Positions 12,905 through 24,659 of a stretch of 64,000 nucleotides of DNA are shown piece after piece. Both the position numbers and the translations under genes were made by a program. Numbering within the stretch: position 1 is the stretch's first letter; each line of letters starts with the position of its first letter. The notes under the pieces are model-generated. The model saw only the letters and a program-made list of their open reading frames with translations. It was not told where the DNA came from and did not search any database. Location of the stretch: contig CM052817.1 in NCBI GenBank assembly GCA_028534125.1, positions 44,394,001 to 44,458,000 on the forward strand, given 5' to 3'. Source of the DNA: Lama glama (taxonomy: Eukaryota).

Positions 12905-13859
12905 CTGCTAGATATTAAAAAAGAGATGGAAGAGGAGTCAGTAGAGGGGTGAAGGAAGCCAGGGAGACATCTGCACACAAGGGCTACAGCTTCCTACGAA
13001 CTTCTGGGGTTGTTATTCCCGAGAAAACTGCAGGGTTCAAAAGGACCTTCAACCAAGTCCACCGGTTGGTCACAGGGAGCTTACGTGACTTTTTAAGGCG
13101 GATGGATCTAGTAGGAATTCAGTTTTGGTGGGTGTTGCTCTCAGAATCTAGAGCTTTCTGAAAGTGAACAGAGGGTAGTGGTGGTGTTTAGAGGAAGTTA
13201 CCACAAAGGTGCTACCAGGCAATGTGTTTTTAGTGCTGTCCTGGGGAGTGTGTGTTGGGAAATGCTCCCTCCCCATTCCCCTGTCCAAGAAGAGGTCTTC
13301 TCTACACACGACTGACTGCTAGCCCTACTCTTTATTCCTTCCTATGGGCATGGAGTGACTCGGCAAGGAGAAGCTGACCACAGCCCATGCCTGGTCCAAC
13401 CTCTTCTCTTTCTTTAAAAAGTGAGGCTGCCTCCAGGCTCCCTCATGCATGCCCAGACGTGTCCCCGCTCTGCATGTATGTGTGTCTAGCACAGCCTGTG
13501 ATGAGGCAGGTAACCTTGCTTCATCATTTCAGGGCTCAGTATCAGAAGGCCCACTTACACTCAGAAGCCATATTCTCCACTACCAGCTCTCTGGATAATG
13601 AAAGTGATATTCTTGTCTTCTCTTTTATTTTATATCTTAACTGATTCAGAACTCAGGCAGGGAAAAGGAATGCTGTTTATTTGGACCCCTTGAACCTGCC
13701 ACATCCAGAATGACCGTCGTACCTCTTGGGTTCTGGCTTTTCACTACTCTCACCCTTGGCTGCCCAATGAGCACCAAGGTCAACAAGTGAACCGTTCTGC
13801 ACGTTTCAGGAGCTGGGCTCCTCTAAAAATCCCCCACAGGACTCTCCTGTGGCCAGCAG

Positions 13860-14660
13860 AAGCAGCTCCGGGACGCCTGAGGCGTGGAAATCTGTTACTG
13901 GTGAGGGACACCCTGCCCCTCGGGGGCGTAGTCTGCAGTCTCACCTGGCGTGGGGCTCACAGTAGCCCTCGCTGTCCCACTGGGCCTGGAACATAGCTTG
14001 GGGAGGAGGCGGAGGGAAGTCGCCCAGGCTGTCGGCCGGGACTTCCTCGCTGGGTCTGGGCGGAGGAGGCGGGGGTGGGAGAGGCGCTGGTTGGCAGGTG
14101 GGGCGCAGGTCCCTCACGAACACCTCGTCGTTGTCATAGTCCTCCGGAGGCAGCGGGGAGGCCAGCAGCGCAGATTCAGATATCCGGAGGGAGACCCTGC
14201 CCGGCGAGCTGGGGGCCCCGAGAGGCGTGTCTGGGTCGGAAGTGCTGCTGGGGCTCGGGAGGTCCTGCGGCTTCGTGCGGGGCTTCAGGTCGGCGCAGGC
14301 GGGCGCCGCGGGCTCCCCGGGGAGGCTGTCCTCTCTGTCCTCTCTGACCGCGTGGGCCCGCGTCAGCCAGGGCGGTGAGGCCCGCTTCCCTGCTCCCGCT
14401 TCCCGCCCGCGCTCCGGGCTGCCGGGCCCGCTGCTTCTGGGGGTCCCTGCTGGGGTGCTGGGTGGCGGAGGCTGCTGCCCGTCCCTGCTGGTGCTCGAGG
14501 GGCCAAGAGCAGGCGGGGCTGAGCCGAGCGGGCTCAGGGGCGCAGCCCGGGGGTCTGGGAGATGCCCCTGCGCTCCTGTGGGCAGCGGCCGGGGGCAAGG
14601 CGTTCGGCCAGCGGGCCTCGGAGGGTCCGGAGCTCCAGGACCCTCGCTGGCCACGGAAGC
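13860..14660. promoter_or_regulatory. Intragenic CpG island over exon 7
   Basis: GC-rich with dense CpG, for example cggcgcaggcgggcgccgcgggc. Judged by eye. Confidence 0.7.
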
Positions 14661-14760
14661 ATTGCCACCTGCTTTGCAGCCTGAACTCCCCCAACGAGGG
14701 CTGGGATGGTGTCTGAGCGATGGCATCTCTTCAAGGCCTCTTTCGGAACAGCCAAATGAC
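13945..14760 (-). CDS. SHROOM3: SHROOM3 internal coding exon (exon 7 equivalent), proline-rich
   Basis: Acceptor tcctgctccag|G TCA TTT and donor GCC AG|gtgaga; 816 bp, phase 2-2. Encodes SDPDTPLGAPSSPGRVSLRISES, DEVFVRD, poly-Pro and DFPPPPP (ORF 13941..14807). Confidence 0.95.
14000..14021 (-). other. SHROOM3: Ena/VASP EVH1-ligand motif DFPPPPP in exon 7
   Basis: GAC TTC CCT CCG CCT CCT CCC matches the (D/E)FPPPP class-I EVH1 consensus. Confidence 0.75.
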
Positions 14761-16574
14761 CTGGAGCAGGATACAGACAGGAGGGTTAGCTTTGAAGAGC
14801 GGGGCAAACACTGAGCCCAACGTGCATTACACAGTCGGGAAAAGCATTTGATGGGGAGAAGGGCCCCCAGGGAGCTGCAAAGCCTTCCCCTGGCTGCTTA
14901 CACAAAGAACCAACTTTAAATGAAATCCCAGGTAGGCATACACCTTACAGGAAAATGTCACAAGCCATTTCCTTTTAACTACCCTCCCTCATTGTCCCTC
15001 CCCCACCCAGGGTGGCTTTTGAGGACAGGCTTCAGGATCTGAAAGGAAAAGAGCAGGTACATTTCTTCAGCTCCTTTTAGGACTAGTTTGGGAACCAGCT
15101 CCTGACTCTGGAGAAGAGTGTCGCCTCACCCTCATCCTCTCTGGGTCTGAGCCCCACGGGGGAGGTCTGTTTGGAAAACATTTGCATGGGCTGCTGAATC
15201 TGAAGGTTTCATGTACAACTTTCTCTTAGTCTCCCAGTGTTTTCCACTTCTTAAAATGGAAAGTTAAAGGAAAAGGAGAGTCGCATCTAAGGAGCTAATA
15301 AGCAACTACCTCTGGAGAAAGAGCCCGACAATAATGAACAAATAGAGTGCATGGTGATTTAAACAGCTGTCCTCCAGGCACCAAGGAAAACCCAACAACA
15401 TCCAACACTTTTGTTATTGTGTTCAGAAGAAAAAAAGGAGGACAAAACAAACACAACTATAGCACTTCCTGCCATGCACCAGTTAATGTGAGGATAAAAA
15501 AAAAAAACCTCCAGCTTTAAAAAAAAAAATCTCCAGCTATCCACCATAATTTGCAAATCCCACATTTGTAGCTCCCAACTAGCGTGCAAGTGAATCTGGA
15601 GAGCAGATGGCACTTTTCATTTTATAGACCCGAGTCCCGAAGGAGCTATGGCTCAGTCCCAAGTAAGAGCCCAGGCACAGGCCTGCCACCAAATTGTCTA
15701 AGTGCCGGATGGGGGATAACGCGGCACCCAGAAGGAAGAGACCCCAAAGAACCAAACTGGCTCTTCTTGCGCTCTTTGTCTTTATTATAAACGCAGATGG
15801 CTGAGTAAGAGGCCCTTTTCCCTCTCAGATGCAAACCCTCCCCTCCCACCACAGACCCTTTTTATTTAGAGGCAGTTTCTTCATCAGGAACCTCCCAATA
15901 CCCAAGACTGGCTATTCTGTACTTCCTGGTGGTTCTCAGATGCGTCCCCTAGAACCCCGGGGCAGGAGGCTCACCGCGCGTGCTCTTTACTTCTGTGTCT
16001 TGTTCATTTCGGTATCCCCAGCACCTGGCACATTGTACCCTCTCAGTAAATGTCTGCTGAAGAAACGATGTCTCTCCTGCCCAACTGCTGTTTAGACTAT
16101 AGGCCGTGAACTATTTTTAAACTTAGCACTCTCTAACAGGACACAGAACAACTGGAATCTGATGTCTTAAGGACGAATTCAGGTACCTTCATTTTGTTTT
16201 ATTATATTTATATCTTGAGGCTTTTTAAAAAGGGGAGACATCACTAAAACACACAATAAAATAATATTTATCCTCTAAAAATCCAGCCCAAATAAACCTT
16301 GATAGGATGTTTTTAGTTTATGTTTAATCATCTTAGCTTACAGGAACTATACTTAAACTATCAATTTTTAAAGGTAATATTTGAGTTAAATGCTTGATTT
16401 GGTTGAGTATACTTCTTCCTGGTGATTGTTTTCCAAGAATAAAGAATAGAGTCAAAAAACTTTTGTTTCAGTCTCTATAGAAGAGTGTGAGAGGCAAACA
16501 TTGGTTGATAGTATCCAGGAATCTTAATATTCAAGAATGAAGTTGATTAGTCTCATTTTTTCCCTTCATAGCAT

Positions 16575-17515
16575 TTTTAAAAAGTGGTTAAAAAACCCCA
16601 CATAACATTTACTGCTTTAAGAGTTTTAAATGTTCAGTTTAGTAGCGTTAAAGCACATCCACATTGCTGCAAAACAGATCTCCAAAACTTTTCCATCTTG
16701 CAAATCTGAAATTCTATACCTTTAAGCGACGACTCTTCTGTCTCCCCCTAGCCCTTATGATCACTATTCTACTTTCTATGAATTTGACTCCTTTAGATAG
16801 CTCATGTAAGTGGAATCATAAAGTATTTGTGACTGGCTTATTTCACTTAGCACAATGTCCTCAAGCCTCATCCCTTTTGTAGCATGTGAGAGTATTTCCT
16901 TCCCTTTAAAGTCTGAATAATATTCCACTGCATGCATATGTCACATTTGGTTTATCTTATTCATCCACAGGTGGACATCTGGGTTGCTTCCACTTCTTTG
17001 CTATTGTGAATAGTGCTGCTATGAACATGGGTATGAAAATATCTCTTTAAGACACTGCTTTCCATTCTTTTGGATTTATACTCAGAAGTGGGATTGTTGA
17101 GTCATATGATAGATTTTAATTTTTTGAGGACTCTCCATACTTTTTCCCATAGCAGTTTTTTTTGGAGGGGGTTAATTAGGTTCATTTATTTATTTATTTT
17201 TAAAGGAGGTACTGGGGACTGAACCCAGGACCTTGTGCATGCTAGGCATGTACTCTACCACTTGAGTTGTATCTTTCCCCTTCCCATAGCAGTTGTACCA
17301 TTTAACAACAAGGGTTCCAGTTTCACCACATCCTCACTAGCACTTTTCTTTTTCTTTTTTTGCACTTTTATATTTTTTTGATAGTAGCCACCCTAATGAA
17401 TGTAGTTTGGATCTGTACTTCTCTGATCATTAGTGATGTGCCTGGTGGCCATTTGGAGAAATGTCTATTCAAGTCCTTTTTGTAATTGAGCTATTTGATT
17501 TTTTTGTGGTTGAGT
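16575..17515 (-). mobile_element. LINE-1 3' end (L1MA/MB-like), same orientation as SHROOM3, interrupted by a SINE
   Basis: Reverse-complement L1 3' motifs: ttatttcacttagcacaatgtcc, gctattgtgaatagtgctgctatgaacatggg, ttggagaaatgtctattcaagtcc. Confidence 0.88.
17158..17280 (-). mobile_element. tRNA-Ala-derived SINE (camelid Vic-1-like) inserted into L1
   Basis: Minus strand reads gggg...tcaagtggtagagtacatgcctagcatgcacaaggtcctgggttcagtccccagtacctcc followed by an A-rich tail. 14-bp TSD ttcccatagcagtt at 17144-17157 and 17281-17294. Confidence 0.9.
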
Positions 17516-18598
17516 TAGTTTCACCTTAGCCTTCAGACTAATTCTCTTTTGGTAGAGTTCTTGTTCACTGTTAGTCTTCCCTTGTCTGTAGCTTTTAATT
17601 AGTGCACCCACACTAAAGTCCTCAGCCTCACCTTGACTACTTTCTTCACTACAGGCACACCTACAGGAATAAGAGCACATAACTACAGAAGGCTGCTCTT
17701 GGCAGTGAAGGAGGTAACTTAACACCAACTTCCTGATCATGCTGGTAGTATTGAGGTTGAGTTATTGAGAAGGTGAATACAGAAAAAGAGAAACAATGAT
17801 TGAATGAAATACTACAAAAATTAAGGAACTGGCTTGAAAAAACATGGGGGGTAGTAGAGAGGGTTTAAATGCACTGCATTAGCAATAACAGAGTACAGTG
17901 GTAGTGTCTCAATGCTGCATTAAAACTACATACAGGCATGTGGTTCAGGGGGAACTCTATTTGAACTCTATTTGGAAATTTCTACTTATTAGGCTACAAA
18001 TGAACAGTTCAAAAATTCAAATCCTAAAAACTTGTCCATTATATTTTTCTACCAAAGGGAAATTATTTTGATGGCAATTAAAAAAAAAAACAAAAATGAT
18101 TTTCCTGCTATTTTCCATGTAAGTGCCTAAATTTTTGATTTTGGGGCTTTGTTTTTTTACTCCAGGTGCTTCCTGCACATTTGTCTTGCTCTGTGAAGCT
18201 GTTCGTGAAATGCTCATTCTTCCCCTAGTGCTTTGTTCTGCAGACCCGATCCTCCGGCACAGAGCTGGAAGGGATCAGCCACACGAGGAGGCCGTGTGTG
18301 TGCGAGCTGGAGGATGCACCTGAGAAGAGCACAACCACAACGATTCTGAGGCTCAGCTTACAAGAAGTCAACCACTGCCTCAACAGTGCACGTTCAAAAC
18401 CTATTATGTATAGTATTCTTAGAGAAAGGCATGTTTAAGTAAAAAATGAAGTTCCTCATGGCCAAGACAAACTGAAAAGGCAGCACATGACACTAGGAAA
18501 CATCATAACATCACGTTTCAGTTTCTGGTAGAGAGGAACAGAAACATTTAACTCCAGCAGCATTCATAAGGCAGAGGGCATCATAAACACATACGTAC

Positions 18599-18672
18599 CT
18601 GGGTCCTGGCTCAGGCAAATAACATGGATCCTTCACACGACCAAAGCCACTGCTGTCCCCCAAAAGCACATC
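18599..18672 (-). CDS. SHROOM3: SHROOM3 internal coding exon (exon 6 equivalent)
   Basis: Acceptor ttgtgttttaag|GAT GTG and donor CCC AG|gtacgt; 74 bp, phase 0-2, which links exon 5 and exon 7 in frame. Encodes DVLLGDSSGFGRVKDPCYLPEPGP(R). Confidence 0.93.
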
Positions 18673-20899
18673 CTTAAAACACAAGAAAGGGAAAGCATTA
18701 TTACCAACTAACAGGTGTTTAAATTCACACATGGGTGGAGGTAGAAAGGAGGAGCATTTACTGGATGTCTACTACTTATTGTCAGGCACCATGGTGGCAC
18801 TCTTACATACTAACCCATTCCACCCTCAAAGCTCCAGGAAGTACTGTTAACCCCACTGCACCGATGAGGACACAGGCCCAAAGAGGTTAACTTTCCCAAG
18901 GTCACAAGTTGTAGAACCTCAGTGTATCTCACCAGGTACCTCTCCAAACAAAGACATTTTCTAAGCAAGAGGCATCTGATGACAATTATCTCCAGAGTTC
19001 AAAACAACTGCTAAACTTGAAATATAATGTTAAAAAATAATTCAAAGGGCCAAGCTTTTGAAACAGCAATAGGGAGATATGAGAGATGACAGGAAAAGGA
19101 CAGTTTATTGAATTTAGCAAAAATCTCAAGAATTAGATATGAATCTGGCTTGTAATCAGGTTGAAATATGTTCTCTCTGGGAAAAACATCTCACCCACAT
19201 GTAATATCAGTGACTCTGGGGACACTTCAAGGGAATTCATTATTCGTTTGTTTTTGTTTTTAATAAGGGTATATATTGGTTTCCTGAGAGGGTTGTATGT
19301 CAGTTTTTCATCATGTAAAATTCACTTCATTTGATGAGGCCCCTCCCGGATGAAAACAATGATGTTGCTACTAATATAACTCTCACTTACTTATGATAAT
19401 AGGAGACAGATAGAAAACAGAAAAATTAAATCCGTATATAATCCCTAAACTTAATTTCAGCAATTTGTTTCACCACTTCCTCTGTCTAAAGGGCTAATTG
19501 CTTTCACCCCCTTTCTCTCTATTTCCCCCCTAGTCAGTGGTAGAGGTACTAATAAACAAACAAAAAGAGCCAAAGGTGGGATTAGGCTCGGAGAAGAAAC
19601 AACCCCGAATGTCATTAGTGACTGCCGCTGCCCCTCACTGGGCGCCTACTGTGTGCCAGACACTGCCACGTTCCTCACACTCCTCAGATTATATGCCTGG
19701 AGCTGTGTTAGGCGCCTGACATTTCTCCTGTAATTTAATCCATAACAGTGGGGAGAGGGGAGGTAACTGCAGCTCAGAGAGGGTAAGTATCCCACCCACA
19801 GTTAAATGAGTAAGTTGAGCAGCTAGGATTCAAACCATCATGTCCTCAAAGCCTCAGATCAGTCTTTGGAATCTTAAGTTGGATGCTGGCTGAGCTGGAT
19901 GTAATCAGATGTCCGTGCTTTGAGAAAAGGGAATTCCATGTGTTTCTGATTTGCTCAAATATCACCAGAGGGAATGGGACTTCCCACTCTCCACGAAACC
20001 TTCTGGTCCTTTTAGAGTCTTTCCCCACTCCACCTCCTCTGTTGACATGAATGTTCAGCTTTGCCAGTAATTAACTGAAAAAGCCTCTCGATCCCCTTAA
20101 AGCTCCTAACCTAGTAATGTTTAAATATATATTTCCATTCTATTATTTCCTTTGAATTACAGTATGAGCTTGATATTTATGTGAGTGTGCATAAAATAAA
20201 GGAAGTTAGACCCAATAATAGGCCATTAAGGGAATCTCCCATCAATGGAAATACCATTTGGACAAAGGAAAATGCCGTTCCAACCTAGTAAAAAGCCCTA
20301 GGGGGATATATTCCAGTTGCACTTATTCACTTCGACTGGGCACATATGTACTGTCAAAGAAGACTTGATTTTCTGCAAACTGGCAAGAAGTATAAACTAT
20401 TATGGCAATTCAGGAAAAAGCAGTGGCTATGGGAGACACACCAGGTATAGAGCTATAGGAACAGACACTTGTTAAGCATGTATTTGTCTGTTAATTTGTT
20501 AAGTGTTTTGTTTTTGTCTCTAACTTCTGACGACTGACTTAAAAATACACCAGTTCTTGTTCTTCATTAGGCACAGTATACTTAAAACTATGAACCTAAG
20601 TCCTATTGAATCCCACTTCTCACTCTTGCTTTGGGTTCTGAGTTAGATATCCTAATGTCTATGTGACCAATGAAATATGAAGACAATAGTCATCTACTTT
20701 GGAATATCAATTTCAAGTATCTGCTACTATGAATATAGAAATTAATTTTAAAGAATCTTAAAATGTTATTTAAATGTAAATTAACAGCAATTGATAAATG
20801 TTAAAATGAAATCAATTCATTGGCTGGAGTTTTCAGATATAAGATCTTGAACTCCCACCTCCCTTCCCTCCCCCAGTCTTTTTTAATTCCAGGATGCAG

Positions 20900-21125
20900 C
20901 ATGGTAGAGTGACTTAGAACCTCTAGAGTCAGACAGGACAGGGTCAAAACCTTGCTCCCACTACCTTGGGCAAATTTCTCACCCTTTCTGTGCCTCAGTT
21001 CTCTCATCAAAATATAGGGAAAACAATACTATCTCCTCCTTTGCACAGATGTAGGGTTAATTTTATGCTTATAAAACACAGTACAATGACTGGCACAGAG
21101 TACACATTTGACAATTAGTAGCTAT
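20900..21125 (+). mobile_element. MIR SINE relic
   Basis: gcagcatggtagagtg...ccttgggcaaatt..ctgtgcctcagttctctcatc. Confidence 0.7.
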
Positions 21126-21422
21126 TTGTAACTTTGCCTCTTGTGGAAAGTTGATTCTGTTATTTATCCCCAGGCTTCAATGGGTGCTAAAAATGATTAC
21201 AAGCTGCATCTTACAGAATCAAGCCTACATCCAACATTGTGGAGTTTCATGCATTGAGCAATTTCCTCAGCAATTAAACATTTGTCACATCATCACATGG
21301 TGAATGTGTTACATACCAGAAATGAAGGCCTCTGAAAATACAGTGAGAACCAGAGGGGACTCTAACTCAGCATCTGGGGTGGGGGGAATACCCTACCAGG
21401 AAGCATTTCCAAAAGGTTTCTT

Positions 21423-21522
21423 GGGGCCAGGGTATAGCTCAAGTGGTAGAGCACATGCTTAGCATGCACAAAATTAATAAATGAATAAACCTAATTACTT
21501 CCCCTCCTCAAAAAGAAAAAAA
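21423..21522 (+). mobile_element. tRNA-Ala-derived SINE (Vic-1-like) with internal deletion of the B-box segment
   Basis: ggggccagggtatagctcaagtggtagagcacatgcttagcatgcac joins directly to the tail aataaacctaattacttcccc + A-run. Imperfect TSD ccaaa(a)ggtttctt / ccaaatgtttctt. Confidence 0.85.
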
Positions 21523-22870
21523 CCAAATGTTTCTTTTTATAGCCTCTGCTATATTTTATTATTTTAACTTTTTATTTATTTATTTTGCTATATTTTAGAT
21601 CTATGCAATGAATAGGTGTAAGTTTCTACCTCCAAGGCAGAAATGTTTGGATTTTTTTTTCCCTGCAGCTTTGCAGGGCTCATCTGCTTTAAAAAGGTTC
21701 AGTTTTCCAAAGTCTCTTACTAGGAAATAGCCAGGAATTTGATGTGCCCTTTAGCTCCATCACTAATATCCGCTTGTTCTGCAATTACATCTTTCAAATT
21801 AAGAGAAACTGAAGGAGCAGTAAGGGAGGCTGCTTGCTCAGAGAGGATCACAGCTGGCTACAGAGAGTCCAGGCCTGCTGAGTGTGTGAGCAGGTCTCAG
21901 GCTTCAAATGGTGGCAGCCTTCTGCAGTTGTCATTTCAGGCCCAAGAATGAAGAATTTTTATAAACAGAGAAGTTGATGTCTATGCTGACCTTGTTTTGG
22001 AAGCAGAAACTATCCTCACTAATGGACTTTTGAAAAGGAGCTGAATCCTTGTCAAAAGCTGGTAAAATCCTGCTCTATTAGCATCTCGTTGGCAGGAGCA
22101 AGCAGCATTTGTTCCAGATGCTGTGGACTGAGCCAGAACCAGAAACAGACTCCACATTTTGGGTTTAACTCAGGCAGATGGTGTAGTCTCTACAGGGTTA
22201 CTTAATTTCTTGGAGTTCTCTAAAGCTGGGATGAGAAAAATTCTTATTTAATAGCTTCACCAAAGCTTAACGATAATGGTAAAGTTCCTGGAATTTGTTC
22301 AAATTAAAAAAAAAAAAAAGAAGAATATCTTGAAATAATAACCACAATAATTATGTGGAGACTAGTTTAAATCTTGTTTTTTAACTAGTTCTATAACTAA
22401 GGTAGATAATGGATGTATGAAGATGTGAGGGCCAGACCTTGCCAGGCACCAGCTCTCAGGGCAGCAAGGTGTGGTTGCTGAGCGCAGAAGTGAAGGCGGA
22501 AGCCCAAGAAAAGAGCTGCTATCTGGGGGATGATAACCTGTTTTCAGAACTGGTAGGAGCAAAGCAGCACAGATAAAGTATTTCACTTTGAAATATTTCC
22601 CCTGTTTGGCATAAGGGGGAATAAACAACAGATGCTTTGGTTCTCACCCAAACGTTTCTATTTTCTTTAGAATACAGGGAGAGAAATGAAGAACATGTTT
22701 GTTTTGCTAGGCAGTAAGCTTCTGAGGCCCATCTAGCTGAGATGGCATGTTACGTACATGGATTTTAAAGGCGTTTTAGGGGTAGGATGAGGACTGGAAA
22801 TTAGCTCTGTTCTTCATTCTGAGGGGAGAAAAAAACAGCCATTGGACACCTATTGAGGATGGCCTCTGTA

Positions 22871-22873
<3 letters not shown>

Positions 22874-22936
<63 letters not shown>
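22874..22936. repeat. (TG)31 perfect microsatellite in intron 5
   Basis: Uninterrupted TG run. Confidence 0.97.
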
Positions 22937-22938
<2 letters not shown>

Positions 22939-24182
22939 TTATACAGGGGAGAAAATACTTCTGAATAGAAAATACTTGGGAGGGAGCACTATTTTCTCCC
23001 AGAAGGCTTGTGTATGTGTGTTTCAGAAGCAGGGCAGCAAACATATTTCTCACGCAACAATGGGTGAATCTTCGTCTGAAGCTGTTTCCTCCAACTCAGT
23101 GCCTCCCACACTCAACCCCCAATCCTTTGCCAATATCCTGCCCATCCTTTACAGCCTGGGTCAAATCCTATCTCCTTCATGAGATGCTCTCTCAGATTCC
23201 CTCAGAATTAATCACTGTCCCTCCCATAACATGTTATGTATGACCACTCCCAGAGCATTCACCATTCATGTCATTTATATATAAGTTCATGTTTCTTGTT
23301 CAGTTCAGTGAACCCCAGAAAGGCATAAGACTTATTTTGTGTTTCCTTCAACCCTGTAATACAGTCCTTTTCATAAAGCATATTCTTTACAAATGGTTGC
23401 TGAATGATTAGGTTCTCTGCTGGGGAAAACAGAATCTGAGACAGCACAAAGGAAGGAGGGGTGTTCTTCCCTGTGCTAACATATATGTGAATTCCTAGTA
23501 TCTTCTCACCTGGGAAGGGAACCACACACGGGGCAGGTCACTGATCTGCAGTGCAAGTAGAGCCTGAGGATGGGCCAAGAATAAGGGAAATTAATAGACA
23601 CCTGGGAGTCAGTGTGCTTGGGTTTTTTCCCTAGCTCTGCCTAAAATTTTCAGTGGAAAGCACTTCATGATCTTTGCACGGTTCGGGAGACTTTCTTAGA
23701 AAATCCTTTTCTGTGATGATGTAAAAGTCTGAGCGTCTCCTATCTTGCCAAGATAATGCAAAGAAAGAGCTCAGATGAAAGTTAGAGAGACATGGGTTTG
23801 ATGTTGATAAAATATTCTACTACACAGAATTAATGTGAGGATTAATGATATAGTAAATGTAAAAGCATACTTAGTTGAGGGTCTGGAACTCAATAACCAA
23901 GAATTAGCAAAGTCAATAATTACCTATTTTGTAAATGCAGAAGTCCAACAGAAACAAAGAGGGTACAAAGCTAAAATCTTTAAAATACTGAGGCAGCCTC
24001 TATTCATGAATTTAAAATTAGACCAAAAAAAAAAAAAGCCTCCAAAAAAGCCAAAAAAGGGAATCCCTAACTTTTCCTAACCCAATTCTTGCACTGAGAG
24101 GTGGGTGACACTAAAATGAAGTTATTCCATACCCTATATAATATTATATACTATATATGTGTATGTGTGTATATATTATATC

Positions 24183-24459
24183 CAGTCTGCTCTTGGTATC
24201 CCCAGGGGATTGGTTCCAGGACCCCCAGGGACGGACACCAAAATCTGTCTGATGCTTATTATATAAAACGGCATAGTATTTGCATATAATCTACACACAT
24301 TCTCCTGTATGTTTTAAATCATCTCTAGATTACTTACAATGCATATACTATGGATACTGTTGCCAGCGTGCTGGTAAATTCAAGTTTTGCTTTTTGGAAC
24401 TTTCTGAAATTTTTCTGAATACTTTCCATTCCAGTGCAGAACCGATATAGGGCCTACTG
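24183..24459 (+). mobile_element. MER2-like TcMar-Tigger non-autonomous DNA transposon
   Basis: CAGT...ACTG termini, with internal ggggattggttccaggacccc, gtatttgcatataa and tttaaatcatctctagattactta typical of MER2. Confidence 0.8.
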
Positions 24460-24659
24460 TGTGTGTCTGTAGATACACGTATCTAGATATCAGTATGTAT
24501 ATCTACACATGATATATGTATTTGCATAAAATTTCTATACAGCCATATGTATCTCTGTAAGGATCTCAACAGACAGGGGCACTGAGAAAGACGTGTCACC
24601 TCATGAAAACAAATGCTATTCACCTGCAAGTAAAAGGAAAATAAAGTGGGGAGAAGGGT

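Noticed and set aside
13950..14814. Multiple overlapping ORFs (142, 172 and 195 aa) over exon 7
   Set aside because: Artefacts of stop-poor GC-rich sequence. Only the frame of 13941..14807 matches Shroom3.
21800..22225. Possible fossil exon in intron 5 (acceptor-like tttttctcatcccag near 22225; frame DKDSAPFQKSISEDSF... interrupted only by TGA codons)
   Set aside because: Three stops in about 92 codons is not clearly below random expectation, and I recognise no homology. It would need tBLASTn support.
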